From the NCBI GenBank assembly GCA_038087875.1, contig CM075996.1, positions 9,984,001 to 10,048,000 of the forward strand: 64,000 nt of DNA, in the 5' to 3' direction. Positions 37,716 through 52,380 of the stretch are shown here, one piece after another. The translations under genes and the position numbers were made by a program. Source of the DNA: Malacoraja senta. Taxonomy: Eukaryota. The notes beneath the pieces were generated by a model, which was not told the origin of the DNA, did not search any database, and saw only the letters and a program-made list of their open reading frames with translations. Numbering within the stretch: the first letter of the stretch is position 1; each line of letters starts with the position of its first letter.

Positions 37716-38420
37716 TATGTTTCCTCTGAGCTCGGTCAAAACGAGGCTGGTGAGTGATTCAGGGGGGGGTGGTCATGTCAGGGGTGGGGGAATGATACGG
37801 GTGATTAGGGGAAGGGGATGGGGGGAGGGTTGTTCTGGTGTGTGAGTGTAAGTATGTGAGTGTGTGAGAGTCTGAATGAGTGTGTGAGTGTGTGATTGTG
37901 AGTGAGAGTCTAATGAGAGTGTGAGTAAGTGTTTGTGAGTGTCTGTGTAAGTGTGTGTGAGGGTGAGAGTGCAGGTGTGAGTGTGTGTGAGTATGCATTT
38001 GTGAGTGTGAGTGAGAGTGAGTGTGAGAGTGAGAGTGCATGTATGAGTGCGTGAGAGTCTGAGTGCATGTGTGAGTGTGTGATTGTGAGTCTAATGAGAG
38101 TGTGAGAATGTTTGTGAGTGTGTGTGAGTGTGAGAGTGAGAGTGCAGGTGTGAGTGTGTGTGAGCGTGAGAGTGAGAGTGCAGGTGTGAGTGTGTGTGAG
38201 TGTGTGTGTGTGTGAGAGTGAGAGTGCAGGTGTGAGTGTGTTTGTGAGTGTGTGTGAGTGTGTGTGTGAGGGTGCAGGTGTGAGTGTGTGTGTGTGTGTG
38301 AGAGTGAGAGTGCAGGTGTGAGTGTATGTGAGTGTGAGTGTGAGAGTGCAGGTGTGAGTGTGTGAGAGAGAGTGCAGGTGTGAGAGTGTGAGAGTGAGAG
38401 TGCAGGTGTGAGTGTGTGTG

Positions 38421-38844
38421 CGTTAGCTGTGGGTGCAGTGAGGGTTGTGAAGTGGAGTCGGTTTGACATCAGACGTGGGTGATGTAACGCAGACACAGTA
38501 ATAGTATTTCCACACAACACTGCTTCAGCAGATGCACAAATGACTGGCTTATTCTTAGTTCTTGAACTATTTTTATCCTGAGCTGCTGTTTATCACATTG
38601 AAGTTCATCTCTAAACGTGTATAACTGCGGCTTGTGGAGATGACCACTACTACAGGGGGCAGTGTGCCAGTCATGCAGGGGTCAGTCAGTGTTTGAGGGT
38701 GGAAGTGGTTACTGCCCGGCCTGGAGCTCCGGCCCAGAGCACAGACACAGGCACAGTTTCACACTCTCAGACTCTCACACAATCACACACACACACACAC
38801 ACATACACACTCTCACACACATTTATATACACTCATACTCACAT

Positions 38845-38922
<78 letters not shown>

Positions 38923-38931
38923 ACACACACA

Positions 38932-38971
<40 letters not shown>

Positions 38972-39008
38972 ACACACACACACACACACACATTCATATA
39001 CACTCATA

Positions 39009-39077
<69 letters not shown>

Positions 39078-39140
39078 ACACACACATTCATATACACTCA
39101 TACTCACACACACACACACACACATTCATATACACTCATA

Positions 39141-39195
<55 letters not shown>

Positions 39196-39274
39196 ACACA
39201 CACACACACACACTCACACACACACACACACACACACTCACACACACACACACACAGACTCACACACACACACA

Positions 39275-39319
<45 letters not shown>

Positions 39320-39339
39320 TCATATACACTCATACTCAC

Positions 39340-39401
<62 letters not shown>

Positions 39402-39416
39402 TCATATACACTCATA

Positions 39417-39487
<71 letters not shown>

Positions 39488-39509
39488 TCATATACACTCA
39501 TACTCACAT

Positions 39510-39577
<68 letters not shown>

Positions 39578-42500
39578 ACACACACACACGCACTCACACA
39601 CACATACTCACACTCACACACATTCTTAAACACAGTCTCACTCTTAGGTGTAGGAAACACACTGGCAATATTTTGACAAACACTTTAAGTCCCCCTCCCA
39701 TTCCCACACTGACCTTTCTGGCCTGGGTCTCCTCCATTGTCAGAATGAGGTCAAGCACATCTCATATTTCGCTTGGGCATCTTACACCCCAGCAGTATGA
39801 ATATTGATTTCTCTAACTTCGTAACCCCTGCATCCCCTCTCTCTCCATCCCTTCCCCACCCTAGTCGTACCAGCTTGAAAATCGTCTTGCTGAGTCTCAT
39901 CATCTCGGACTTGTTTTCTCCTAGCCCACAGCTAACAATGGCCTGTTTCCTTTATCATCATTACGTTTTTGCATATACTTCATTATATCTCTCTACATCA
40001 CCATCCATATCTATCGTTTTGGCGGGGGGTAGAGAAAGAAGAGCATAGACTATCTTAGAACATCCCTTGGAGTTTCAACATAAGAAGAGGAGTTGAGGAT
40101 GGGAGCAAAGAGGTCCTTCTGCAGTTGCACAGGGCCCTAGTGAGACCACACCTGGAGTATTGTGTGCAGTTTTGGTCCCCTAATTTGAGGAAGGACATTA
40201 TTACTATTGAGGGAGTGCAGCATAGGTTTGCAAGGTTAATTCCCGGGATAGCAGGACTGTCATATGCTGAGAGAATGGTGGCTGGGTTTACTCTGGAGTA
40301 CACTCTGGAGTTTAGAAGGATGAGAGGCAATCTTATTGAAACATATAAGATTATTAAGGGTTTGGACATGCTAGAGGCAGGAAACATGTTCCCGAGGTTG
40401 GGGGAGTCCAGAACCAGGGGCCACAGTTTAAGAATAAGGGGTATCCTGAATACAGATATCCTGTTTCTGTTCACTGTGGACGGTTTGATTGTAACCATGT
40501 ATGGTCTTTTAGCTGACTCGATAGCACGCAACAACAAAAAGCTTTTCTCCGTACCATGTCAAAACGTCACCTATCCATGTTCTCCAGAGATGCTGCCTGA
40601 CCCGCTGAGACACTCCAGCACTTTGTGTCTTTTTTTGTAGACCTACCATCTGCAGTTCCTTGTGTCTCCAAGACACAAATGTTTCCATTCATCTTCCAAG
40701 ATGTTGGGAGGGACATTCTGCAGAGATTATTCAGCGGGAACCTGTTTCCAACGGCAGTGTGCGCCCAACGCGTCTGGTAGAAGTGCTCCTCTATGTTGAT
40801 CGCCCAATGTCACAGGAGGGAACACTAGATTCATGAAGTCAACAAATTTAGTTTAATTGCGTTTAGTTTCGAAATACAGCTCGGGAACAGGCCCTTCGAC
40901 CCACCGAGTCCGCACCGACCAGCGATCCTCGTACACTAACACTAATCCTACACACACACTAGGGACAATTTACACATACGTTTACCAAGCCAATTAACCT
41001 AAAAACCTGTGCGTCTTTGGGGTGTGGGAGAAAATCGAAGATCTCGGGGAGAGCGTACAAACTCTGTACAGACAGCACCCGTAGTCAGGATCGAACCTAG
41101 GTCTCTGGCGCTGCCAGCGCTGTAATGGGCCTGTCCCACTTACGCGACTTTTTCAGCGACAGCCGGCACCCGTCATAGGTCGTTGCAGGTCGCCGAAATT
41201 TTCAACATGTTGAAAATCCAGCGGTGACCAGAAAGATGCCACGGCTCTTTGGGCGACTGAGGAGACTACTCACAACCGTACAGGCGACACCCTGGCGACA
41301 TGTCGCGGGGTGAAGTCTGTATGGTCGTGAGTAGTCGCCCAAAGAGTCGTACCTTGTTCTGGTCGCCGATGGATTTTCAACATGTTAAAAATTTTCGGCG
41401 ACCTGCAATGACCTATGACGGGTGCCGGCTGTCGCTGAAAAAGTTGCGTAAGTGGGACAGGCCCTTTAGACAGCAACTGTACCGCTGCACCACTGTAGTC
41501 GCCCTTGTACAGCTCACAAACAGGCGCTTTGGCCCAACTGGACTGAGCTGACCACAGTGTCCTCCTAACACAGTTCCATTTGCCTGCATTTGGCCCATAT
41601 CCCCACTAGACCTTATTATCCATGTTCCTATCTTTTAAATGTTGTAATTGTTTCCACCTTGTACCATTTAATAGATTGAATAGATCAAGCTGAGGGGCAA
41701 CCTTTCCTCACAGAGGGTGGTGGTGGTGGGTAAATGGAACGAGCTGCCACAGAGGTTATTTCAGGCAGGTACAATAACAACATTTACAGTTAAAGACATT
41801 GGGACAGGTACAAGGATAGGAATGGTTTAGAGAGATATGGGCCAAACGCGGGCAGGTGGGACTAGTGTAGAAGGGGCATCTTGTTTGGTGTGGGCATGTT
41901 GGGCTGAAGGTCCTGTTTCCATGCTGTACGACTCTGACACTGATTCTATGGGGGGGAAAGTTTATGGAACGAGCTACCAGAGGAAGCAGTAGAGACGGGT
42001 TCATTTATGTTTAACGGGCATTTGGATGGGTACATAGACAGGTAACAAAATAAACTAGCACAGGTAGGCAGCTTGGTCAGTGTGGATGAGGTGGGCAGAC
42101 AGACCAGTTTCTGCTCTAAACAACTCCATGCCACAGTACATTCTGGAAGGAAGCCAGGTATAAATTGGTTGCTATCTTTCCTGTGCCACAGAAGTGATTA
42201 CACATAGCAAACTATGTCTCTGGCTATAACGTTCCCGCACTCCCAGGCGCGATGTTATGAATGAAGTCTCATTATTTACTTTATAGGCTGTCACATGCAA
42301 ATAGATCTTCATTGTAATGTGAGATTGAATTAAGTACCTTGCAAAAAAAGGCTTCTGCATCTATTATAGACCCTGGATGATAAAACAAGGATGGAAACAG
42401 GCCCTTCAGCCCACCGAGTCCATGCTGTCTATTAATCACCCATTTACACTCACCCTACAATAAACCATCAGTCTGAAGAAGTCCCGACCCGAAACATCAC

Positions 42501-44827
42501 CGATCCACGTCCTCCAGAAATGCTGCCTGACCCGCTGAGTTACTCCAGCACTTTGTTTTACATAAAATTCCAGCATCTGCAGTTTCTTCTCTACATCTCA
42601 ACTCCATATTTATTCTTCCCATATTCCCATCAACTTCCCCCAAGATGTGTAGGAAGGAACTGTAGATGCTGGTTTACACTGAAGACAGACGCAGTGCTGG
42701 AGTAACTCAGTGGGTCAGGCAACATCTCTGGAGAGAAAGGATGGGTGACGTTTTGAGTCGGGAGCTTTCTCCAGACTGAAAGCAGAGGGGAAGAAAATAG
42801 AGGTAGTTTCGTTCAGTTTAGAGATACAGTGTGGAAACAGGCCCTTCGGCCTACCGAGTACGCACCGACCAGCGATCCCCGCACATTAACACAAGCCTAC
42901 GCACACTCGGGACAATTTACACTTATACCAAGTATACAAACTAAGCCAATTAACCTACAAACCTGTACGTCTTTGGAGTGTGGAAGGAAACCGAAGATCT
43001 CGGAGAAAACCCACGCAGGTCACGGGGAGAACGTACAAACTCCATACAGACAGCACCCTAGTAGTCAGGATCGAACCCGGGTCTCTGGTGCTGAAAGCGC
43101 TGTAAGGCAGCAAATCTACTGCTGCGCCACTGTGGCCACCCACTTTGTGGTAGGAAAAGGCCAGAACAAGAGATAACCAAGGAACTCCCCACGATTCTAC
43201 CGCACTTTACACCTACAAACCCGCACATCTCTGGGATCTTTGGGACGAAATTGGAGCACCAGGAGGAAACCCACGCGGTCACAGGGAGAACATGCAAACT
43301 CCACACAGACAGCACCCGGGTCAGGATCAGCCCAGGCTGCTGTTGTGGTGGAACAGGGAATCTGGTTGGTTGGGGAGGCTGGCACTGATCACCCTAGAGC
43401 AGACGAGGCTGTGAGGTGACCCTGTAGAGGTTTATATAACATCATGAGGACATGGTGATTCTTATTTTTGTCCAGGGTTGGAGAGTCTAAAACTGTTTAC
43501 GGTGATATTTAAAGCGGACAGCTTTTTCACAATGGAATAGGAATAAGGATAGGAATACTTTGTTGTCACATGTGGGGTCAAGGAGAGAGCGTTCACATCA
43601 CGGCCCTGTTTCCACCAACCTTTCCACCTCCACCACAAGAAGCCCAAGACGCCATAATATGCAGAGGCCGAGAAGTGTGTTCAGCTCTGTCTGAACAGTT
43701 TCTAATCTTGTGATGCGGACTCGATAAGAAGTTTGTCATATGTGACTATGCTTTGCTGCATACCCAATGTGTAAAAATAGCCACCTACGACGCTGACAAA
43801 GTTACAAAGCGTGCCGGGTGCACCTTTTGTTCCCCCCCTCCCCCCCAGTCCCCCCACGCTGGGTCCCCATTGTCCTTTGTCCACCCCCCTCCATTGTCCG
43901 TTCCCCCCTCCCCCCTAGTCCACCCACGCCAGGTCCCCATTGTCCTTTGTCCACCCCCCCCTCCATTGTCCGTTCCCCCCCTGCCCCCTAGCCCCCCCAC
44001 GCCGGGTCCCCATTGTCCTTTGTCCCCCCCCCCTCCATGTTCCATTGTTCTCCTCCCTCTCCCCTTATGGCGGTCCCTCCACGCTCTCATCGGCTGCGAG
44101 TCGACCCGCGAGACTTTAACACTGCCAAGGCCCAATCGCCTCCGAGGCCTCGCCGATGTCAACGTCCAACTTCACGCCTCTGTGGTGCTGACCCGGGCCC
44201 CAGCCGCGGGCTCCGTCGGCCGCTCAGCTGACCCGGACTTCAACCTGCTAGGCCCGGCTCCTCCATCCGACCCGCAAGGCCCCAGCCCGGCCCCGAGCCA
44301 GGCTTCTACGCGGCATAATGGTCAATGGATATTGGATATGTGGAACGAGCTGTCAGAGGAAGTAGTTGAAGCAGCTGCATTAAAATACGATACGATGCAA
44401 TAGACCTTTATTTATCCCAGGAGGGAAATTGATCTGGCAACAGTCATAAAACACAAAATACATCAAACATGAAATTAAAGTGACGAGTGGAAAGGATTGG
44501 GGATGTGCAAAGATTGGGGAGTGGGGTGGGGTGGGGGAGAAGGGGTCAGTCTCAGTCTACCCCACGACAGAAGGGGGGAGGAGTTGTACAGTTTGATAGC
44601 CACAGGAAAGAAGGATCTCCTGTGGCGTTCTGTGCTGCATCTTGGTGGAACCAGTCTGTTGCTGAAGGTGCTCCTCAGGTTGACCAGTGTGTCATGGAGG
44701 GGGTGAGCTGTATTGGTCAGGATGCTCTGCAGTTTTCCCAGCACACAACAGCGAAGAAAATGGCATTGGCTTCAAGATGTGGGAGAAAACCGGAGTATCT
44801 GGGAATACCTACGTGGTCACAGTTTTT
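38421..44827 (+). repeat. Segment copy B, including a (CA)n array at 38790-39620
   Basis: Matches 26376-32829 and continues into new sequence past 44827. Confidence 0.95.
41126..41465. mobile_element. Harbinger MITE (copy-B equivalent of 29060-29399)
   Basis: Same TIRs and flanks; first base A to T. Confidence 0.9.
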
Positions 44828-44874
44828 CACTGGAGATACAGGGAATTGTAGATGCAGGAATCTTGAGGAAAACA

Positions 44875-46814
44875 TATAAAGTGCTGGAGTAGCAAAGATG
44901 AGCGGGAAGCCAGGGGATTGGGTAACGTTTAAAGAGCAACAGAAGATAACTAAAAAGGCAATACGGGGAGAAAAGATGAGGTACGAAGATAAGCTAGCCA
45001 AGAATATAAAGGAGGATAGTAAAAGCTTCTTGTGAAGAGGAAAAAAATAGTTAAGAGCAAAGTTGAACCCTTAAAGACTGAAAAGGGTGAATTTATTATG
45101 GGGAACAAGGAAATGACAGATGAATTGAACAGGTACTTTGGATTTGTCTTCACTAAGGAGGACACAAACAATCTTCCTGATATAGTAGTGGCCAAAGGAT
45201 CTGGGGTGACGGAAGAACTGAAGGAAATCCACACTAGGCAGGAAATGGCGTTGGGTAAACTGATGGGACTGAAGGCTGATAAATCCCCAGGGCCTGATGG
45301 TCTGCATCCCAGGGTACTTAAGGAAGTGGCTCTAGAAATCGTGGATGCATTGGTGATAATTTTCCAATGCTCTATAGATTCAGGATCAGTTCCTGTGGAT
45401 TGGAGGGTAGCTAATGTTATCCCACTTTTTAAGAAAAGCGGGAGAGAGAGAACAGGGAATTATAGACCAGTTATCCTGACATCGATGGTGGGGAAGATGC
45501 TGGAGTCAATCATAAAAGATGAAATAACTGCACATTTGGATAGCAGTAACAGGATCGGTCCGAGTCAGCATGGATTTACGAAGGGGAAATCATGCTTAAC
45601 TAATCTTCTGGAATTTTTTGAGGATGTAACTAGGAAAATGGACAAGGGAGAGCTAGTGGATGTAGTGTACCTGGACTTTCAAAACAAAAAGGTCCCACAG
45701 AGGAGATTAGTGGGCAAAATTAGGGCACATGGTATTGGGGGTAGAGTGCTGACATGGATAGAAAATCGGTTGGCAGACAGGAAACAAAGAGTAGGGATTA
45801 ACGGGCCCCTTTCAGAATGGCAGGCAGTGACTAGTGGGTACCACAAGGCTCGGTGCTGGGACCGCAGCTATTTACAATATATATTAATGATTTAGATGAA
45901 GGGATTACAAGTAACATTAGCAAATTTGCAGATGACACAAACCTGGGTGGCAGTGTGAACTGTGAGGAGGATGCTATGAGAATGCAGGGTGACTTGGACA
46001 GGTTGGGTGAGTGGGCAGATGCATGGCAGATGCAGTTTAATGTGGATAAATGTGAGGTTAACCACTTTGGTAGCAAAAACAGGAAGGCAGATTATTATCT
46101 AATTGGTGTCAAGTTGGGAAAAGGGGAAGTACAACAGGATCTGGAGATCTTTGTTCATCAGTCAATGAAAGTAAGCATGCAGGTACAGCAGGCAGTGAAG
46201 AAAGCGAATGGCATGTTGGCATTCATAACAAGAGGAGTTGAGTATAGGGGCAAAGAGGTCCTTCTGCAGTTGTACAGGGCACTAGTGAGACCACACCTGG
46301 AGTATTGTGTGCAGTTTTGGTCTCCAAATTTGAGGAAGGACATTCTTGCTATTGAGGGAGTGCAGCGTAGGTTTACAAGGTTAATTCCCGGGATGGCGGG
46401 ACCGTCATATGCTGGGAGAATGAAGCAGCTGGGCTTGTATACTCTGGAGTTTAGAAGGATGAGAGGGAATCTTATTGAAACATATAAGATTGTTAAGGGT
46501 TTGGACACGCTAGAGGCAGGAAACACGTTCCCGATGTTGGGGGAGTCCAGAACCAGGGGCCACAACACTGTTTCACACAGAGATTTGTGAGTCTGTGGAA
46601 CTCTCTGCCTCAGAGGGCGGTGGAGGCCGGTTCTCTGGATACTTTCAAGAGAGAGCTAGATAGGGTTCTTAAAGATAGCGGAGTCACGGGATATGGGAAT
46701 TAGGCCGGAACGGGGTACTGATTGTGGATGATCAGCCATGATCACATTGAATGGCGGAGCTGGCTCGAAGGACCAAAACAGCCTACTCCTGCACCTATTG
46801 TCTATTGTCTATTG
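44875..46814 (+). mobile_element. 5'-truncated CR1 LINE with a frameshifted reverse transcriptase
   Basis: ORF 45032-45895 (KSPGPDGLHPRVLKE, NYRPV.LTS, QHGF.KGKSCLTNL) and ORF 45853-46590 (FADD); frameshift near 45840; (CTATTGT)n tail. Confidence 0.95.
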
Positions 46815-46890
46815 AGTAACTGATGTGACCTGCTGAGTAACTCAAAACGGATTTCACTGTATCTCACGTGATCATATATAAAATAATATG

Positions 46891-47989
46891 AGCGGTGGTG
46901 CAGCAGTAGAGTTGCTGTCTTACAGCAACAGAGACCCAGAATCAATCCTGATTACTGGTGCTGTCTGTTCAGAGTTTGTACGTTCTCCCCATGGCCATGT
47001 GGGTTTTCTCCGAGATCTTTGGTTTCCTCCCACACCCCAAACTCAATTATAGGTCAATTGGCTTGGTATAAATGTAAAATTGTCTCTAGTGTGTGTAAGA
47101 TAGTGTGAGTGTGAGGAGATCGCTGAGTGTGAGGATACACGGTAAATGGTAGCGAATTGAGGAATGCAGTTGAACAGAGGGATCTAGGAATAACTGTGCA
47201 TAGTTCCCTGAAGGTGGAATCTCATGTAGATAGGGTGGTAAAGAAAGCTTTTGGTGTGCTGGCCTTTATAAATCAGAGCATTGAGTATAGAAGTTGGGAT
47301 GTAATGTTAAAATTGTACAAGGCATTGGTGAGGCCAATTCTGGAGTATGGAGTACAATTTTGGTCGCCTAATTATAGGAAGGATGTCAACAAAATAGAGA
47401 GAGTACAGAGGAGATTTACTAGAATGTTGCCTGGGTTTCAGCAACTAAGTTACAGAGAAAGGTTGAACAAGTTAGGTCTTTATTCTTTGGAGCGCAGAAG
47501 GTTAAGAGGGGACTTGATAGAGGTCTTTAAAATTATGAGCGGGTTAGACAGAGTGGACGTGGATAAGCTTTTCCCATTGAGAGTAGGGAAGATTCAAACA
47601 AGGGGACATGACTTGAGAATTAAGGGACAGAAGTTTAGGGGGAACATTAGGGGGAACTTCTTTACTCAGAGAGTGGTAGCTGTGTGGAATGAGCTTCCAG
47701 TGGAAGTGGTGGAGGCAGGTTCGATGTTATCCTTTAAAAATAGAGTGGATGGGTATATGGATGGGAAAGGAATGGAGGGTTATAGTCTGAGTGCAGGTAG
47801 ATGGGACTAGGGGGAAGTATTTATTTGTAATTTTAAAAAAAATTGTTTTTTTTAATGTACGGCACGGACTTGAAGGGCCGAGATGGCCTGTTTCCGTGCT
47901 GTTATGGTTATATGGTTATATATATAGTGCGGACTCGGTGGGCTGAAGGGCCTGTTTCCGCGCTGTATCTCTAAACTAAACTAAACTAA
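46891..47989 (+). mobile_element. V-SINE split by a second-subfamily CR1 3' fragment (about 47135-47925)
   Basis: The SINE stops at gatcgctg (about 47125) and resumes gtgcggactcggtggg (about 47927). Intervening ORF 47157-47810 is an intact CR1 ORF2 C-terminus. Confidence 0.9.
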
Positions 47990-48777
47990 GTACTGAAATT
48001 GTACAGACTTCTGTTAACTGGAATTACTCTGAGACCTACTCTCTGCAAAGGAATAGATGACGTTTTGAGTCGAGACCCTTCATTGAACTGAGCCTGAAGG
48101 AGAGTCTCGACCCAAAACGTCACCTATTCCTTTTCTCCAGAGATGCTGTATGACCGACTGTGTTAATCCAGCATTTTGTGTCTATCCAACATCTGCAGTT
48201 CCTTCCTACACATTCTATCTACTCGCTGCATCTGCCTGTAAGACTGGGAGATCGATCTCCTGTACAACTTCCAATTAAGTATTAATATGCAAATTTGCAT
48301 AAAATGTTCAGTATACCCAGACAAATACCGCAGTTAGAGTGAAACTGTGTTGATCTCATTTGTGGCCTTCTCTATTCTAGAGTCCTAGCGTGATACTGTG
48401 TGGAAATTCAGCCCAACTTGCCCACACCGGCCAACATGTCCCAGCTACACTAGTCCCACTTGCCTGCGTTTGGACCATATCAGTCCAAACCTGTCCTATC
48501 CATGTACCCGTCTAACTGCTTCTTAAACGTTGGGATAGACCCTGCCTCAACTGCCTACTCTGGTAGCTTGTTCCATACACCCACCACGATCTTCACCTCA
48601 GACCACGGGCCACATCTCTGAACAGGTTTTAGAATCATAGAAACAAGGAACTGCAGATGCTGGTTTATTTTAATAAACACACAAAGTGCTGGAGTATCTT
48701 GGCGGCCAGGCAGCATCTCCGGAGGACGTGGATAGGTGACGATTCAGGTCGGGACACGTCTTCAGACTGATTGTAGA

Positions 48778-49292
48778 ATTGTGTGCAGTTTTGGTCCCCT
48801 AATTTGAGGAAGGACATTCTTGCTATTGAGGGAGTGCAGCATAGGTTTACAAGGTTAATTCCCGGGATGGCGGGACCGTCATATGCTGGGAGAATGAAGC
48901 AGCTGGGCTTGTATACTCTGGAGTTTAGAAGGATGAGAGGGGTTTGGACACGCTAGAGGCAGGAAACATGTTCCTGATGTTGGGGGAGTCCAGAACCAGG
49001 GGCCACAGTTTAAGAATAAGGGGTAAGCCATTTAGAACGGAGACGAGGAATTTTTTTTTCTCACAGAGAGTTGTGAGTCTGTGGAATTCTCTGCCTCAGA
49101 GGGTGGTGGAGGCCGGTTCTCTGGATAATTTCAAGAGAGAGCTAGATAGGGCTCTTAAAGATAGCGGAGTCAGGGGATATGGGGAGAAGGCAGGAACGGG
49201 GTACTGATTGGGGATGATCAGCCATGATCACATTGAATGGCCGTGCTGACTCGAATGGCCGAATGGCCTACTCCTGCACCTATTGTCTATTG
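48778..49292 (+). mobile_element. CR1 3' fragment
   Basis: Near-identical to 46305-46814. Confidence 0.9.
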
Positions 49293-49573
49293 CTTATTGT
49301 CTTGCTGCTTATCGTTCAATATCTTAACGAGAGGGTCGGGTTATACGCATCAGAAGTGTTAGTCAATGAAACCATGATGTTTGGAAGCCACTAGTGAAAA
49401 TGTAGATAATACCAACATCTGCTGACTTGCAATTTAAGTAAAAGCCTTCATATTTTATTCTTAATTAAGGACGCTAATAATCTCTCGACAACAGATGGCA
49501 GACCAACTGGACCATACGTTGCTAAGGATGTTGCTGTCACTGGAGGACTTCAATTACAGAGTCATGGAGCTGT

Positions 49574-50475
49574 AGTTTAGTTTACATTAGAGATAGCGTG
49601 TGGAAACAGGCCCTTTGGCCCACCGAGCCCGCGCCGACCAGCGATCCCCGCACATTAACCCTATCATACACACACTAGAGATAATTGAAACTTATACCAA
49701 GCCAGTTAACCTACAAACCTGTACGTCTTTGGAGTGTGGGGGGAAACCGAAGATCTCGGAGAAAACCCACGTGGTCACGGGGAGAACGTACAAACGCCAT
49801 ACAGACAGCACCTGTAGTCGGGATCAAAACCGGGTCCCTGCCGTTGTAAGGCAGCAAATCTACCGCTGCGCCACCGTGCGTGTACATTACAGAAACAGAC
49901 TTCAGCCCATCTTGTCCATGGTGACCCAGTTGGCATCCCATTTGCCTCTCTTTTAGCCCATAGCCGTTGAAACCCTTCCTATCCATACATCTGTCCAAGC
50001 TATTGCCCAGAGCACAGTCCGCCAAAGTTCTCCCTTTACAGAAAATGTTTGGCAAAAAATTGTCGATATCATTGTTTCTGTAGGAAAGGTGAGAAAGAGA
50101 AGTCAGTTGGTTTGGTTTAGTTCAGCTCAGTTTAGTTTGGTTTGGTTTGGTTTGGTTCGGTTCGGTTTGGTTTGGTTTACTTTAGAGATACCACGGAAAC
50201 AGGCCCTTTGGCCCACCGAGTGCGCTTGGACCAATGATTACCCCACACACTAACACTATCCTACACGCACAAGGAACGATTTACAATTTTATTGAAGCCA
50301 ATCAACCTCCAAACCTGTACGTCTTTGGAGTGTGGGAGGAAACCGGAGCACCCGGAGAAAACCCACGCAGGTCACGGGGAGAACGTACAAACTCAGTGCA
50401 CACAGCACCCGTAGCCAGAATCGAACCTGGGACTCTGGCGCTGTGAGGCAGCAACTCTACCGCTGCGCCACCGTG
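49574..50475 (-). mobile_element. Two V-SINEs (49574-49877; 50109-50475 with an expanded (GGTTT)n tail)
   Basis: Heads, B boxes and central domains present. Confidence 0.85.
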
Positions 50476-50919
50476 ACACCCGTGTTATCCATTGTCAAGA
50501 GATTGTTAGAGTCTGTAGTTAAGAATAAAATATGAAGACTTACTTAAATTACAAGTCAGCAGATGTTGGTGTTATCTACATTTTCACTGGTGGAGTCCAA
50601 ATGTCATGGTTTCATTGACTAACTCTTCTGATGTATATAAACCGTCTCTCTCGTCGAGATGTTGAACGATAAGCAGCAAGTTATCTAAGCAATTGATTAA
50701 ACTAAGAGTTCTCAGTAAGGAACTGAGCCAGACAGTTCCAATCTGTTCAATACCAACTAACTCTTTGATAAACACCAGACTATCTGACAGGTTTGACTCC
50801 CTCTATCAAATCCTTCGTGCCGACACATCGTGTAGCTATTTATAGTCTCGTAGAGCTATGCAGCAGGGAAATTCCACCCATCTTCTCTCTCCCAAACTGT
50901 TGTCAATAAATCAGAGTCT

Positions 50920-51130
50920 GACATAGGTGTCCTTCTTATCCAGGTGTTCCAAGGATGAGTGTATGGCCAGGGAGATGACAACAGCCATGGACCTGTTACG
51001 GTGTTAGGTGAACTGCAGTTGATCAAGGCTGCTTGGTAGACTGGATTTAATGCGTTCCATAACTAGCCTTTCAAAGCACTTCATGATGGTGGATGTCAAG
51101 TCCACTGGGCGGTATTCGTTAAGGCAAGAT
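50920..51130 (-). mobile_element. Rex1/Babar reverse transcriptase fragment
   Basis: [23 protein letters not shown]...LDQLQF...SLEHLD, with a stop. Confidence 0.8.
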
Positions 51131-51555
51131 CTACAAGTTCACTCAAATCCCATTCTATAATGGGCGGCATGGTGGCGCAGCGGTAGAGTCGCTGCCTCAC
51201 AACGCCAAAGACGTGGGTTCGATCCTGGCTACGGGTGCTGTTTTTAAGGAGTTTGTACGTTCAGCCTGTGACTGTGTGGGTTTCCTCCGGGTGCTCCGGT
51301 TTCCTGCCACATTGTGGTGAACTACCCCTGGTTGGGGTAAATAGATGGAGTTAGGGGTACCTGGTGGGACACGGGGGGGGAAATGGAATAGAACTGGTGT
51401 GAACTTGGCACTGGGAACGTAGCAACTCTTGTGTACTGCCTCAGTGTAATCTAGTATTCCTGACCTCTTGTACTGGAGTATGATGCTGCCTATATTTACT
51501 GAACTGTATGAAGAAAGGAATTGAATTGAATTGATTGAATTGAATACTTTATTGA

Positions 51556-52035
51556 TCCCTGGGATGGCGGGACTGTCATATGAGGAAAGATTGAAAAGAC
51601 TAGGCTTGTATTTACTGGTTTAGAAGGATGAGGGGTATCTTATAGAAACATATACAATTATAAAAGGACTGGACAAGCTAGATGCAGGAAACATTTTCAC
51701 AATATTGGGCGAGTCCAGAACCAGGGGCCACAGTCTTAGAATAAAGGGGAGGCCATGTAAGACTGAGGTGAGAAAAAACGTTTCCACCCAGAGAGTTGTG
51801 AATTTGTGGAATTCCCTGCCACAGAGGGCAGTGGAGGCCAAATCACTGGATGGATTTAAGAGAGAGTTAGATAGAGCTCTAGGGGCTAGTGGAGTCAAGG
51901 GATATGGGGAGAAGGCAAGCACGGGTTATTGATTGGGGACGATCAGCCATGATCACAATGAATGGCGGTGCTGGCTCGAAGGGACGAATGGCCTCCTCCT
52001 GCACCTATTTTCTATGTTTCTATATTTCTATTTCT
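51556..52035 (+). mobile_element. CR1 3' fragment
   Basis: GESRTRGHSLRIKG...NLWNSLPQRAVEA and 3' UTR. Confidence 0.9.
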
Positions 52036-52380
52036 ATTGTCACATGTGACAAGTCACAGTGAAGTTCTTTGCTTCCATACCCGAGGTATGCAAATAGTCA
52101 CCATGAAAAGGGCACTGACAAAGTTACAAAGCACCCCAGCGCCAGGTCCTCCTTACTTCTCCCCCCTCACAGCAGTCCCCCCCACGCTGCGTCCTCCTTT
52201 GTAATAAAGTACCACCGAACCATTAAACGTGTCGCTGGTGGGCAGAGGCAGGAATCGTATTCCCTGTGTCGTCTCACTAACTGCGCCAGATTCTACCACT
52301 CACACACAGACAGTTTACAGTGGCCAGCCGACTCGTCCATGGGATCTGTGGGGAAACTGGAACACATCAGGGTAAGACCA

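Noticed and set aside
33036..37739. 1567-aa HT-repeat ORF
   Set aside because: Microsatellite artefact, with no ATG start.
45032..46590. Active reverse transcriptase gene
   Set aside because: 5'-truncated (no endonuclease or ORF1), frameshifted, and with small deletions.
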